From positions 1-53,165 of the forward strand of contig JACCVQ010000153.1 of NCBI GenBank assembly GCA_013698095.1: a DNA stretch of 53,165 bases. The letters are read 5' to 3'. A program made the translations under genes and the position numbers. Each line of letters begins with the position of its first letter. The first letter of the stretch is position 1. This DNA comes from Chloroflexota bacterium (GTDB lineage: Bacteria > Chloroflexota > Limnocylindria > Limnocylindrales > CSP1-4). Positions 18,265-29,719 of the stretch are shown one piece after another. The notes under the pieces are model-generated. The model was not told where the DNA came from. It was given only the letters and a program-made list of their open reading frames with translations, and did no database searches.

Positions 18265-19157
18265 GCCGCGGCCTCGACCGGGACGGCTGCGCGTCGAAGC
18301 CGGCCGGCGGCCATGTGGCCGATGACGACCTCTTCGAGGGTCGCCGATCGGCCGACCGGCGGGGCATCTGCCGTCAACGGCTGGATGGCCGGGACCCGGA
18401 TGAGGTTCAACGAATCGCCGCCCGCCGACGGGAACGACCCGACGAGGGCATCGGCCGGGACGAAGGACGGCGGGCCCTCGACGACCCGGTGGTGGGCAAG
18501 GGCTTCGGAGATCGACAGGTCGAGCAGGGTGTGGCCCTTGCCGAGCACGATCAGCCGGTCGCAGGCCTGCTCGATGTCGGTGATGACGTGGGACGAGAGG
18601 AGCGCCGTGTGGCCTTCCGAACGGACCGCTTCGACGAGGACGTGGAGGAACTCCCGGCGGGCGAGCGGATCGAGGCTCGCCAGCGGCTCGTCGAGGAGCA
18701 GGATCCGGGCCCGCGTCCCCAGCGCGAGTGCCAGACCCACCTGGGCCTGCTCGCCGCCCGACAGCTCCGCCGCGACCGCCGTCAGCGGGATCGACAACCG
18801 CGCGATGTACTGGGCGGCCAGCGCGGCGTCGAAGCCGTCGCGAAGCGTCGTCGCGAGGGTGATGTGCTCGGCGATCGTCAGGTTGCCGTAGAGCGACGGC
18901 GACTGCGGCACGTAGCCGACCTTGGCGACGGCGGCGTCGCGATCCTTGCCGGGATCAACTCCGCCGGTCGAGAGCCGGCCCTCGGTCGGCCGCTCGAAGC
19001 CGATCCAGGCCCGGATCAGGGTCGACTTGCCGGAGCCGTTTGGGCCGACGAGGGCGGTGATGCTGCCCTCTGGCACGGTGAGATCGACTCCGCGCAGCGC
19101 CCAGTTCCTGCGTCGATACCGCTTGCCGAAGCCATGGGCCTCGAGGACCGCCGTCAT
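18261..19157 (-). CDS. ABC transporter ATP-binding protein
   Basis: 'GPNGSGKST', 'LSGGE', 'LLLDEP', 'SSH'. Confidence 0.92.
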   Translation of the reverse strand: MTAVLEAHGFGKRYRRRNWALRGVDLTVPEGSITALVGPNGSGKSTLIRAWIGFERPTEGRLSTGGVDPGKDRDAAVAKVGYVPQSPSLYGNLTIAEHITLATTLRDGFDAALAAQYIARLSIPLTAVAAELSGGEQAQVGLALALGTRARILLLDEPLASLDPLARREFLHVLVEAVRSEGHTALLSSHVITDIEQACDRLIVLGKGHTLLDLSISEALAHHRVVEGPPSFVPADALVGSFPSAGGDSLNLIRVPAIQPLTADAPPVGRSATLEEVVIGHMAAGRLRRAAVPVEAAA

Positions 19158-19399
19158 CCGTCCCTCCTCGGTTGGTGCCGGTCCGGACCGGCGGGTCGTT
19201 CCGACTGTACTCGGGCCGCGTCACCGCGACGTGGGGGAGGCGTGCCGGCGCCCACTCCCCAGAGCGAGCGCCGGCCGCAGGTGGTGTGCCGCCGTCATCG
19301 TCCCGTGCCGCCGGCCGCTCGCCCAGCCGGCACTCCCCGGCGAACCGTTGCGGGACAACCCGGTACGGCCGTCTCGACCGCATCTGATAGGTTCGGCCC

Positions 19400-21088
19400 G
19401 TGACTTCGGAACAACTTCGCGACCGCATCGCGCTCGGCCTCGCCCTGTGCGCCCTCCTCGCGGGAGTCGCCTCGGCCGCCCTCGGCTCGTACAACTCGGG
19501 TATCCACTGGCGGATCGATGGCGACCGTCTCGTCGTCGACTCGGTGGACCCGCTCAGCCAGGCGGATCGCGACGGCGTTCGCCCGCTCCTCGTCGCCCTC
19601 GAGCTGAATGGTCGCCAACTGCTGTCCCTGCCGTCGTATCAGTACGGCGACGTGCCCAGCGACTCGCCGGACGGCGTGCCGCCGATCGTGGGCACCGCCC
19701 CGGCCGTCCCGACGCCGGTCATCAGCAACGCTGAGCTGCAGAGGCTTGCGAATGATCCGGTCGAGTGGGTGTCCCTGATCTCACCCGAGGCCCTTGCCGG
19801 CGGAAGCCCCGACAATTGGGCGTGGAACGGGTACCAGTACCCGGGCGCCTGGAACTTCCACCAGGGTCAGCTGGCCCTCCTGCCCGGCATGCTTATCCTC
19901 GTCGCGGGCCTGTGGTGGCTGCGCTCGGCCCGGGTCGGTGCACCGATCCGCGGCCTCGCGATCCCGCTGGTGAGCGCCGTCGCCATCCCGCTGCTGGTCT
20001 CGCCGCTCGAGGGGATCGGCACGTTCTGGGCGGTCCTGTCCGCGCGCGGGCTGATGATCCTCGGCGTGGTGCCGCTCGCGGCAGGGCTTGTCGGGCTGAT
20101 CCCGAGCGTCGACGATCGGCGCCTGATCGCCGTCGGGATCGCGGCGATGGCGCTCGGCGCGCTGATCGCCTCGATCGGCTTCGCCCTCGGCGAGGGACGC
20201 GATGAGGTCGGGATCCTCGTCTGGGCAATGACGAGCGGCATCGCCCTCGTGCCCGGAATCGTCGCGGCCGGTCCGATCGATCTCGCTCACCTTCGCGCGT
20301 CGGCTGCTCTCGGTGCCGGCGGGCTCGTCCAGTCGACCGAGCTCGCCCTTGCCGGCGCCACGCCGGCCTTCGCGCTCGCGTCGATCGGCCAGCCCTACCC
20401 CTGGCTGCTGATCCTGTGGGTCCTTGGCCTGCTGGCCGCGGCACGTTTCACCGTCCGGCCGCTGGCCCGCCTCGCGACGCGGGCGACGCTCCAGCGCGAC
20501 CTCGTCGTCGCGGCCACGGAAGCGGAACGGGCCCGGCTCGCGGCCGACATCCACGACGACGCGCTTCAGGAGCTGACCCTCCTCGTCCGCCGGCTCGAGG
20601 CCTCCGGTGATGCCGAGGGTGCCGAGATCGGACGGACCGTGGCCGATCGGCTGCGGGCGATCTGCGGCGACCTCCGCCTGCCGATCCTCGACGACCTCGG
20701 CGTCGGGCCGGCCCTCGACTGGCTGGTCCTCCGGATCGAGCGACTCGCCGGCGGCGAGGTCCGCCTCGAGCGGTCCGACGACGCCCGTCATTCGCCCGAC
20801 GTCGAGCTCGCGATCTTCCGGGTCGCCCAGGAGGCGCTCGCGAATGCCGTCAAGCACGGCAGCCCGCCGATCGTGGTCCGTTATCGCTCGACGCCGGCCG
20901 GGATCTCGCTGGCGATCGACGACGCGGGGCCCGGCATCACCGACGACGCTCCGGCGGTCGCCGAGCGGGCGGGCCGGTTCGGGCTGCTGAACATGGCCCA
21001 GCGGGCCGAGCAGATCGGGGCGATCCTTGATGTCAAGCGCTGGCCGACCGGCGGGACGCACGTAGCGCTCGAGTGGCGGCCGCGTTGA
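19400..21088 (+). CDS. Membrane sensor histidine kinase (HisKA_3 type)
   Basis: 'ERARLAADIHDDALQ', 'QEALANAVKH', 'DDAGPG', 'FGLLNM..RA', 'GGT'; multiple TM. Confidence 0.9.
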   Translation: MTSEQLRDRIALGLALCALLAGVASAALGSYNSGIHWRIDGDRLVVDSVDPLSQADRDGVRPLLVALELNGRQLLSLPSYQYGDVPSDSPDGVPPIVGTAPAVPTPVISNAELQRLANDPVEWVSLISPEALAGGSPDNWAWNGYQYPGAWNFHQGQLALLPGMLILVAGLWWLRSARVGAPIRGLAIPLVSAVAIPLLVSPLEGIGTFWAVLSARGLMILGVVPLAAGLVGLIPSVDDRRLIAVGIAAMALGALIASIGFALGEGRDEVGILVWAMTSGIALVPGIVAAGPIDLAHLRASAALGAGGLVQSTELALAGATPAFALASIGQPYPWLLILWVLGLLAAARFTVRPLARLATRATLQRDLVVAATEAERARLAADIHDDALQELTLLVRRLEASGDAEGAEIGRTVADRLRAICGDLRLPILDDLGVGPALDWLVLRIERLAGGEVRLERSDDARHSPDVELAIFRVAQEALANAVKHGSPPIVVRYRSTPAGISLAIDDAGPGITDDAPAVAERAGRFGLLNMAQRAEQIGAILDVKRWPTGGTHVALEWRPR

Positions 21089-21714
21089 CCGACCCGTCTC
21101 CGGCGCCCATCCGGCTCCTGATCGTCGACGACCACCCGGTCGTCCGAGACGGGACCGCGGCACTGCTGGCGGCCCAGCCCGGGATCGAGGTCGCGGGAGT
21201 GGCAGGCTCCATCGACGAGGCCACCGCACTGATCGCCGGGGTCCCGGCCGACGTCCTGCTGCTCGACATCCGGCTGGGGACCGACTCCGGGCTGCGGCTC
21301 CTCACCGAGACCACCGACGACGCCCCCGCGATCATCGTCCTGACCGCCTACGACTACCCCCAGTACGCCGAGGCGGCCCTTCGGCTTGGCGCCTCGGGCT
21401 TCGTGCTGAAGACCGCGCCGCTCGCTGAGCTGCTGGACGCGATCCGGCGGGTCGCCGCCGGCGGGATGGCGTTCTCGATCCGGCCGCGGTCGGGTGCCGG
21501 CTTCCCGCGCCTCAGCGAGCGCGAGCTCGACGTCGTCCGCTTGGTGGTCGATGGCCGCTCGAACGACGAGATCGGCGCTCGACTCGGTATCGGCCCCAAG
21601 ACGGTCGAGTCGCATCTTCGACGCCTGTTCGAGCGGTTCGACCTCGCGTCCCGTACCGAGCTCGCGACGCGCGCCCTGCGCGAGGGCTGGCTCGAGGTTC
21701 CGCCGGGAACGTGA
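21085..21714 (+). CDS. NarL/LuxR-family response regulator
   Basis: 'IVDDHPVVR', 'LLLDIRL', 'LSERELDVV...GRSNDEIG..L.I..KTVESH'; TTGA overlap with the kinase. Confidence 0.92.
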   Translation: MTDPSPAPIRLLIVDDHPVVRDGTAALLAAQPGIEVAGVAGSIDEATALIAGVPADVLLLDIRLGTDSGLRLLTETTDDAPAIIVLTAYDYPQYAEAALRLGASGFVLKTAPLAELLDAIRRVAAGGMAFSIRPRSGAGFPRLSERELDVVRLVVDGRSNDEIGARLGIGPKTVESHLRRLFERFDLASRTELATRALREGWLEVPPGT

Positions 21715-21730
21715 GAGTCGCGCCGCCTTG

Positions 21731-21929
21731 CCGGACTTTCCGATTTCGAACGCCGCCGGAAGTCACCTCCGTTTCGCGACATCGTCCGGAAATCGAGTCC
21801 GGAAATCGGAGTCCGAAATCGGCCGTGCGGTCCTGCACGCGACGAGCTCGCAGTCGTCCGGAGTCGGAGTCCGAAATCGGCGGAAGATGGCGGAGGACAG
21901 GTGACTTCGCGCGGCGTTCGCTTTCGGAC
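21731..21929. repeat. Long inverted-repeat element with internal GTCCG(G)AAATCG repeats
   Basis: 21747-21768 pairs with 21899-21920 (20/22); motif copies at 21784, 21797, 21811 and 21869. Confidence 0.75.
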
Positions 21930-22006
21930 GATCGACGACCGGCCGGGACGCGGGCCCACGCGACAGGCTACGATGCGGCCGATCGCCATATGAAGCCTCC
22001 CAGTCG

Positions 22007-23008
22007 ATGCCGAACCTGCCGCCGCTCCCGCGCCCGCGTCTCCGCCGACCGAATCCGGCCGGTGATGCAGACGCGCCCGGCATCGTCGAGGTAGACGACC
22101 CCAAAGTCGTCGAGGCCTCCGGCCTCCGCTGGATCCACATCGAGGATCCCCGCCTCGCCCACCGCGAGTGGCTCGAGCAGCACTACGACTTCCACCCGCT
22201 CGACTGGGAGGACGTCTACTCGCGCAACCAGCGCGCCAAGCTCGATGTCTACGACGACTACCTGTTCATCGTCCTCCACTTCCCGTTCTTCGAGAAGACG
22301 TCCGGGCGGTTGCTGACGGCCGAGGTCGACATGTTCGTCGGCCCGGACTACCTGATCACGCTGACCGAGCATCCGCTGCCGCCGCTCCAGGCGATGTTCG
22401 AGCGGATGGAGGCCCGTGAGGAGCTCCGCGAGTCGACCTTCTCGAAGGGCTCCGGCTACCTGCTCTACCGGATCGTCGACAGCAACGTCGACGCCGCGTT
22501 CCCGATGCTTCGCAAGATGGCCAACAAGCTCGACCAGCTCGAGGACGAAATTCTCGAAGGCCGCTCGAGCGAGATCGTCCGCGACATTTCGAACGCCAAG
22601 CAGGAGATCATCAACTTCCGCCGGATCGTCCGGCCCCAGCGCGCGGTCCTGCGCGACCTCGAGCGGACGAAGCAGCGCTATCTCGCCGAGGAGATGGAGA
22701 TCTACTTCGATGACGTGTCCGACGCCGCCGAGCGGATCTGGGACACGCTCGAGAATTACAAGGAAGTCGTCGAGGCCCTCGAGTCGACGAACGAGTCGGT
22801 CATCACCCATCGCCTGAACGACTCGTTCCGGATCCTGACCGCGGCCTCGGTCATCCTGCTGCCGCTGACCCTGATCGCGTCGATCTACGGGATGAACGTG
22901 CCGGTTCCCGGCGAGGGCGAGCCATACGCGTTCTTCGTGATCGTGGCGTTCCTGGCATTGATCCTGGGCGTGCTCGTCATCCTGTTCCGGAAGCGCGGCT
23001 GGCTCTAG
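22007..23008 (+). CDS. corA: CorA-family Mg2+/Co2+ transporter
   Basis: 'FHPLDWED', 'QRAKLDVYDDYLFIVL', 'LTLIASIYGMN', C-terminal 'KRGWL'. Confidence 0.93.
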   Translation: MPNLPPLPRPRLRRPNPAGDADAPGIVEVDDPKVVEASGLRWIHIEDPRLAHREWLEQHYDFHPLDWEDVYSRNQRAKLDVYDDYLFIVLHFPFFEKTSGRLLTAEVDMFVGPDYLITLTEHPLPPLQAMFERMEAREELRESTFSKGSGYLLYRIVDSNVDAAFPMLRKMANKLDQLEDEILEGRSSEIVRDISNAKQEIINFRRIVRPQRAVLRDLERTKQRYLAEEMEIYFDDVSDAAERIWDTLENYKEVVEALESTNESVITHRLNDSFRILTAASVILLPLTLIASIYGMNVPVPGEGEPYAFFVIVAFLALILGVLVILFRKRGWL

Positions 23009-24132
23009 GCCGGGAGGTCGCGCTCCTCTTCGCCGACGTACTTGACGTCCGGCCGGATCAGGCGGTTCGACGCCGCCTGCTCCAGGACGTGGGCGGTCCA
23101 GCCGGCGTCGCGGGCGAGCGAGAACGTCGCGGGGAAGAGATCAGGGCTCAGTCCGACGCCCATCAGGACCGGCGCCGCATAGAACTCGACGTTCGTCTTC
23201 AGGGGGCGATCGGGGTGGCGCTCGGCCAGCAGGCGGAGGGCAACGTCCTCGACCTGGATCGCGAGCTCCAGCCATTCGGGCTTGTGCTCCATCCCCTCGG
23301 CGACCTTGCGCAGGGCGGCGGCCCGCGGGTCGTAGGCCCGGTAGACGCGGTGGCCGAAGCCCATCAGCCGCTCGCCCCGATCGAGGGCGCCGCGCAGCCA
23401 CTCCTCGGCGTGCTCCACCGTGCCCATCTTCGCGAGCTGGTCGACCACCTCCGACGGGGCGCCGCCGTGGAGTGGCCCTTTCATCGTGCCGATCGCGCCC
23501 GCAACCGCCGACACGATGTCCGACTTCGTCGAGGTGATGACCCGGGCGGTGAAGGTCGAGGCGTTGAAGCCGTGCTCGGCGCCGACAATGAAGTAGGCGT
23601 CGAGTGCCCGCGCCGTCGCGGCGTCGGGCTTCTCGCCCTTGAGCTGGTACAGGAAGCCCTCGACGAGGCTGAGCGACGGATCCGGCTCGATCGGATCCTT
23701 GCCCTCGCGGATCCGGGCGAACGCGGCCAGGGCCGACGGTGAGAAGGCGGTCAGGGCCCGGGCCTGCTCGGCGGTCGGCGGCCAGTCGAGCGTCTGGGTC
23801 GCGCCCCACGCCGACACGGCGGTCCGCAGGGCGTCCATGGGCTTGGCCGTGGTGGGCAGCGCCCGGAGCGTCGTCAGGACGACATCCGGGACGGGCCCGG
23901 TGGCGAGTCGGGCGGCAGGATCCCAGTCGCCGGTCCAGAGCAGGTTCGCGACCGCGGCATACGTCCCGCGCTCGACCAGATCGCCGATCCGGTAGCCGCG
24001 ATAGACGAGCCGGCCGTTCGCCCCGTCGACCTTCGACAGGGCCGTTTCGCCCGCGAGGACCCCCTCGAGGCCAGGCGAATAGGGCCGCTCGTCGGCGCCG
24101 GATGGAGAGGCGGCCGAGGTCGAAGTCGTCAT
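23005..24132 (-). CDS. Citrate / 2-methylcitrate synthase
   Basis: 'GLEGVLAGET', 'AEHGFNASTF', 'GPLHGGA', 'MGFGHRVY..YDPRA', 'NVEFY'. Confidence 0.93.
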   Translation of the reverse strand: MTTSTSAASPSGADERPYSPGLEGVLAGETALSKVDGANGRLVYRGYRIGDLVERGTYAAVANLLWTGDWDPAARLATGPVPDVVLTTLRALPTTAKPMDALRTAVSAWGATQTLDWPPTAEQARALTAFSPSALAAFARIREGKDPIEPDPSLSLVEGFLYQLKGEKPDAATARALDAYFIVGAEHGFNASTFTARVITSTKSDIVSAVAGAIGTMKGPLHGGAPSEVVDQLAKMGTVEHAEEWLRGALDRGERLMGFGHRVYRAYDPRAAALRKVAEGMEHKPEWLELAIQVEDVALRLLAERHPDRPLKTNVEFYAAPVLMGVGLSPDLFPATFSLARDAGWTAHVLEQAASNRLIRPDVKYVGEEERDLPA

Positions 24133-24199
24133 CGGTCGATGGTAGACGGCTCCGGGATGGCGCGCCGTCGACGGCTCCGGATCGCTCCCCGGAGTCGGC

Positions 24200-24457
24200 T
24201 CAGCGCCGGTCCCTGGGGCTGACGGCCTCCAGGACGACCCGGACGATGATCGCCCCGATCACGGCCACGATGATCGCGGCGATGAAGCCCTCGCCCTGGC
24301 CGAACCCGAGCTGCCGCGCGAGCCAGCCGCCGACGATCGCGCCGATGACGCCGACGAGAATGTTGGGCAGGCAGCCACGGGCCGTCCGACCGCCGACGAC
24401 GGCGGCCGACAGGGCGCCGGCGATGAACCCGAGGATGATCCAGCCGAAGATGTCCAT
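24200..24457 (-). CDS. GlsB/YeaQ/YmgE (transglycosylase-associated) small membrane protein
   Basis: 'WIILGFIAGAL...NILVGVIGAIVGGWL...AVIGAII'. Confidence 0.88.
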   Translation of the reverse strand: MDIFGWIILGFIAGALSAAVVGGRTARGCLPNILVGVIGAIVGGWLARQLGFGQGEGFIAAIIVAVIGAIIVRVVLEAVSPRDRR

Positions 24458-24462
24458 GGCGC

Positions 24463-25326
24463 TCAGTCTGCCACGTCAGGGGCCGCCAGGAAGGCGTCGA
24501 CTGCGGCCACGAACTCCGGTGCGTGGCTGTGGTGGGCGGCGTGCCGGGCGCCCGCGATCGTGACGACCTGCCCGCCCTTCAGCCGCGCGTCGAGCGCCGC
24601 GGTCGCGTCTGCGAACGGGGCCCTGCTGGCCCCTCCCAGGATCTGGAGGACCGGCTGGCGGACTGCCCCGAGGCTCTCGAGCGAGGCGGCTGGACTGGTC
24701 TCGGCCGCGAGCTCGCGGAGGGTCGTGTCGATGGCCGTCGCGCGGCGCGGCCAGATCGGGTCGGACCGGAAGGCCGCCAGGTCCGCCGCGGGCATCCCGA
24801 CGATCTCGCGCATGAAGGTCTCCAGGGCCGCATCCCGATTGCCGGCCGCGACCAGCTCGGCCATCCGGGCGAGCGTGCCCGCCTCCTGGTCCTGGTAGCC
24901 GCGACCGTCGGCCGCCGGCGGGGCGCCCTCGTACGACACCAGCCGGCGCAGGTTCGTCGTCCGGAGCGCGGCGCCGAGCGCGATCCGGCCACCGTACGAA
25001 TGACCGACGACATCGACCGGGCCACCGGACTCGGCAGCGACCGCGTCGACGACCGCGGTGAGGTCATCGAACTCCTGCTCGATCGAGTACGGGACGCCGG
25101 CCGGCCCGTCCGACGAGGCGCCCCGCCCGCGGCGATCGATGGCGTGGAGCGGATGCCTGGCGCCGAGCAGGGGTCCGGCCGTGCGCCAGGTCGTGTGGTC
25201 GGCCGTTGCGCCGTGGACGAGGATGATCGGCCGGCCGATCGCGGCGCCGGCGCCGAAGACCGCGATCCAGACGCCATCCGGGGCGTTGACGGCGCGGTCG
25301 GGCGGCTCCGAGTCGGGAAGCGTCAT
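24463..25326 (-). CDS. Alpha/beta hydrolase
   Basis: 'LVHG', 'DRRGRGAS', nucleophile elbow 'GHSYGG', 'GARHAAH'. Confidence 0.88.
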   Translation of the reverse strand: MTLPDSEPPDRAVNAPDGVWIAVFGAGAAIGRPIILVHGATADHTTWRTAGPLLGARHPLHAIDRRGRGASSDGPAGVPYSIEQEFDDLTAVVDAVAAESGGPVDVVGHSYGGRIALGAALRTTNLRRLVSYEGAPPAADGRGYQDQEAGTLARMAELVAAGNRDAALETFMREIVGMPAADLAAFRSDPIWPRRATAIDTTLRELAAETSPAASLESLGAVRQPVLQILGGASRAPFADATAALDARLKGGQVVTIAGARHAAHHSHAPEFVAAVDAFLAAPDVAD

Positions 25327-25808
25327 GGTCGGGCGGGTCGCCAGGCGTAGCGCACGTCGGGCTGGCCCTCCTCGTTGGCGGAGCCATCACCGAACCACGT
25401 CGCGACGAACCCGTTCCGCTCGTAGAACCGGCGCGCCCGGTCGTTGACCTGGAACGTGAAGAGGGCGAGGCCGTCCGGCGAGCGCTCCTTCGCCCGCTCG
25501 AGAAGTTTCCGCCCGATACCTTGTCCGAGCCGATCCGGCGCCACGTACAGCTGATCGAGCACGTCTGGTCCGACGACGATGATCCCGACGATCGGCCCGC
25601 CCGGCCCATCGGTCGCGACCCACGCCTCCGTGGCCGCGGCCGGCAGGATCTCGGCGCGGATCCACTCCCGGACCTGTTCGTCGGGATGGGCGAGTGGGAA
25701 GGCGTACGTGGCGTGGAACGAGTCGAGGTAGACCGTGGAAACGGCCGGCGCATCGTCCGCCGTTGCCCGCCGGATCTCGATCGCGGCCGACTCGGACCGA
25801 CCGGTCAC
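25323..25808 (-). CDS. GNAT N-acetyltransferase
   Basis: 'QLYVAPDRLGQGIGRKLL', 'NDRARRFYERNGF', 'NEEGQPD'. Confidence 0.88.
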   Translation of the reverse strand: MTGRSESAAIEIRRATADDAPAVSTVYLDSFHATYAFPLAHPDEQVREWIRAEILPAAATEAWVATDGPGGPIVGIIVVGPDVLDQLYVAPDRLGQGIGRKLLERAKERSPDGLALFTFQVNDRARRFYERNGFVATWFGDGSANEEGQPDVRYAWRPARP

Positions 25809-26632
25809 AGGAGCCGGGCGGCCGCCCGATCGACGAACCAGGTCGCGCCCGGCCGCCGGGCGAGCTGGGCCGGGAGCTGCCGCTCGTCGCGCTCGCCCTT
25901 GAGGATCGCCTGGAGGATCTCAGCCTTGGACGCCCCATGGCTCACGACGATCAGCTCGTGGGCGGCGACGACAAGCGCGGGGTTCAGGGTCACCCGTGGG
26001 ACATGCGGCTCGATGTGGGTCGGGGCCGGGACGCCGATGACCCAGTCCGGGGCGTCGAACGCGGGCGAGCCCGGAAAGGCCGACAGGATGTGGCCATCCG
26101 AGCCGAGGCCGAGCAGCATCAGGTCGAACGCCGGCCAGCCGTCGTCGTTCGTGTCGGGGCCGTCGGCCTGGATGACTTCAGCGTAGTGGTGGGCCGCCCA
26201 GGTCTCGTCGTGACCGCCGCCGATCGCGACCGCGGTCTCGATCGGGTGGACCTGGTCGCTCGGAATCAGGACGCCGCTGCTCCGCCCGGTGACGACGTCG
26301 CCGCCGAGTCCGCCGGTCCCCGACTGGCCAGAACGATGGGCCACGTTGAGCAGGATGTCGTTGGCGATCTTGGCGTTCGAGAGGGGGTGGTCGGTCGGGA
26401 CGAAGCGCTCGTCCGTCCACCACAGCTGGACCTTTCGCCAGTCGAGCTCCTCGCGCAGCGGCGACGTGGCGAGGTGGTGGTAGATCGCGGCCGGGGCCGA
26501 TCCGCCGGTCGTCACCCAGTGGGCCTCAGCGTGGTCGTCGATGGCGACGTCCAGGATCTCGACGATCCGCTCGGCGGCCGCCAGGGCGCACGCCTCGGGA
26601 TCGGCAAGGACGACGATCGTGGGCTCGGTCAT
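25805..26632 (-). CDS. pgl: 6-phosphogluconolactonase
   Basis: 'TGGSAP', 'WTDERFVP..HPLSN', 'LLGLGSDGHILSAFPG', 'PRVTL'; follows opcA. Confidence 0.9.
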   Translation of the reverse strand: MTEPTIVVLADPEACALAAAERIVEILDVAIDDHAEAHWVTTGGSAPAAIYHHLATSPLREELDWRKVQLWWTDERFVPTDHPLSNAKIANDILLNVAHRSGQSGTGGLGGDVVTGRSSGVLIPSDQVHPIETAVAIGGGHDETWAAHHYAEVIQADGPDTNDDGWPAFDLMLLGLGSDGHILSAFPGSPAFDAPDWVIGVPAPTHIEPHVPRVTLNPALVVAAHELIVVSHGASKAEILQAILKGERDERQLPAQLARRPGATWFVDRAAARLL

Positions 26633-27966
26633 GGGGGCGTCCCTCCGGCGAGCTGGGCGGCCAGGGCGAGCGTTCCGACGGCGACCGGATCGCGCCCGCC
26701 CGCCTCGATCGCCTCGGCCAGGAGATCGATGTCCGTCCGGCGGGGCGCCGTGAAGCCGCGCTCGAGGGCATGGACGCCGTCCTGCCAGACCCGGACGTGG
26801 ACCGCTTCCTGCTCGGCCGTGACGTCGGCCCGCAGCTCCGAGCCGCGCCAGTCGGCGAGGAGCTCGACCCGGAGCGTCGTCCCGGCCGGCATCTCGGACA
26901 GGACCGGCCGGATCACGAGGGCAACATCGGTCCGATCGAGGCGGAGCGTCGCCCCGAGGCCCGCGCTCGGGTTGGCAAGGCTCGTCACGCGGCCACTGCT
27001 CGAGCGGACGGGCGCCTTGCGCGACGGCCCACCGGTCATCGGCGCGAGCGGCTTCGTCACCGTCATCGCGAGCCGCGACCCAAGCCAGGCGGCGTGATAC
27101 AGCGGCTTCACGATGTTCGTCGTCTCCGCCCCGAACTCGTCGCGGACGCCGTACGTCACGGCGATTCGGCGGATGTGGCGGAGGTAGGGCAGGAAGTCGG
27201 GGATGTCGAAGATCGCTGCGATCGCCTCGCGCCAGCGTGACTGGCGAACCATCGCGAAGTCCGAGATGGCGATCGGGAATCGTTCGGCCGCCGCCGCCAT
27301 CTTGCGCAGCTGGTCGAGCCCGGTTCCGTGCCAGCCGGAGCCGTCGACCACGAGCCGGTCCGACATCGCGAGCAGGTCGTTGACCGGGTCGCTGCCGAAG
27401 TGCGGTTCGTCCGGCCACCAGACCGTGACCGGCAGATCGTGGATCAGGAGCGGCGCGACGATCGCATCGAGGTGCCGGCCGGCCTCCCCGCCGCAGACCA
27501 GGTGGATCGTCTCGGCGCACGTCTCGGGCGCATCCACCCGGGGCAGCACGCAATGGGCGACGATCTGGGCGTCGAGCCACGAGGGGCCGTCCGGGTCGGC
27601 CGGTTGGACGATCGTGGTCCGCGACGGATGACGGCCGACGAGGCGCTGGATCGTGGCCGCGCAGCGCTCGCCGACCTCGGGCCGGCCGGCGATGACGACG
27701 AGGTTCATGACGTTCGTCCGGGCCCCGATCATCCGGTCGTTCACGTGGTCGCCGTCGCGGTCGCCCATCAGCTGCTCAACGTTGTGGGCCCAGATCCGGA
27801 CGAGCTCCTGCTCGACCTCCTCGATGCTGTGGGCGCGCGAGCGCCACCTGAGCGTCGGCTCGTTCGGCCTGGCGGGAGCGTCGGACGCAACCGGCCCACC
27901 TGCGGCGGATGGCGTCGACGGAGCTCCGCCTCCGACCGCAGCCGGAGTGACCGAGGGGCTGCTCAC
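26629..27966 (-). CDS. opcA: G6PDH assembly protein OpcA
   Basis: 'MNLVV', 'HPSRT', 'APLLIHDLPVTVWWP', 'DRLVVDGS', 'WREAIAAIFD'; directly after zwf. Confidence 0.88.
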   Translation of the reverse strand: MSSPSVTPAAVGGGAPSTPSAAGGPVASDAPARPNEPTLRWRSRAHSIEEVEQELVRIWAHNVEQLMGDRDGDHVNDRMIGARTNVMNLVVIAGRPEVGERCAATIQRLVGRHPSRTTIVQPADPDGPSWLDAQIVAHCVLPRVDAPETCAETIHLVCGGEAGRHLDAIVAPLLIHDLPVTVWWPDEPHFGSDPVNDLLAMSDRLVVDGSGWHGTGLDQLRKMAAAAERFPIAISDFAMVRQSRWREAIAAIFDIPDFLPYLRHIRRIAVTYGVRDEFGAETTNIVKPLYHAAWLGSRLAMTVTKPLAPMTGGPSRKAPVRSSSGRVTSLANPSAGLGATLRLDRTDVALVIRPVLSEMPAGTTLRVELLADWRGSELRADVTAEQEAVHVRVWQDGVHALERGFTAPRRTDIDLLAEAIEAGGRDPVAVGTLALAAQLAGGTPP

Positions 27967-27982
27967 GACTGAGGTTGCCCGT

Positions 27983-29692
<1,710 letters not shown>

Positions 29693-29719
29693 GGCAACGC
29701 CTCCTCGGCGCGATCGGGC

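Noticed and set aside
21784-21880. Possible CRISPR array or M-box riboswitch upstream of corA
   Set aside because: Units are ~12 nt and nearly contiguous; no M-box consensus recognised
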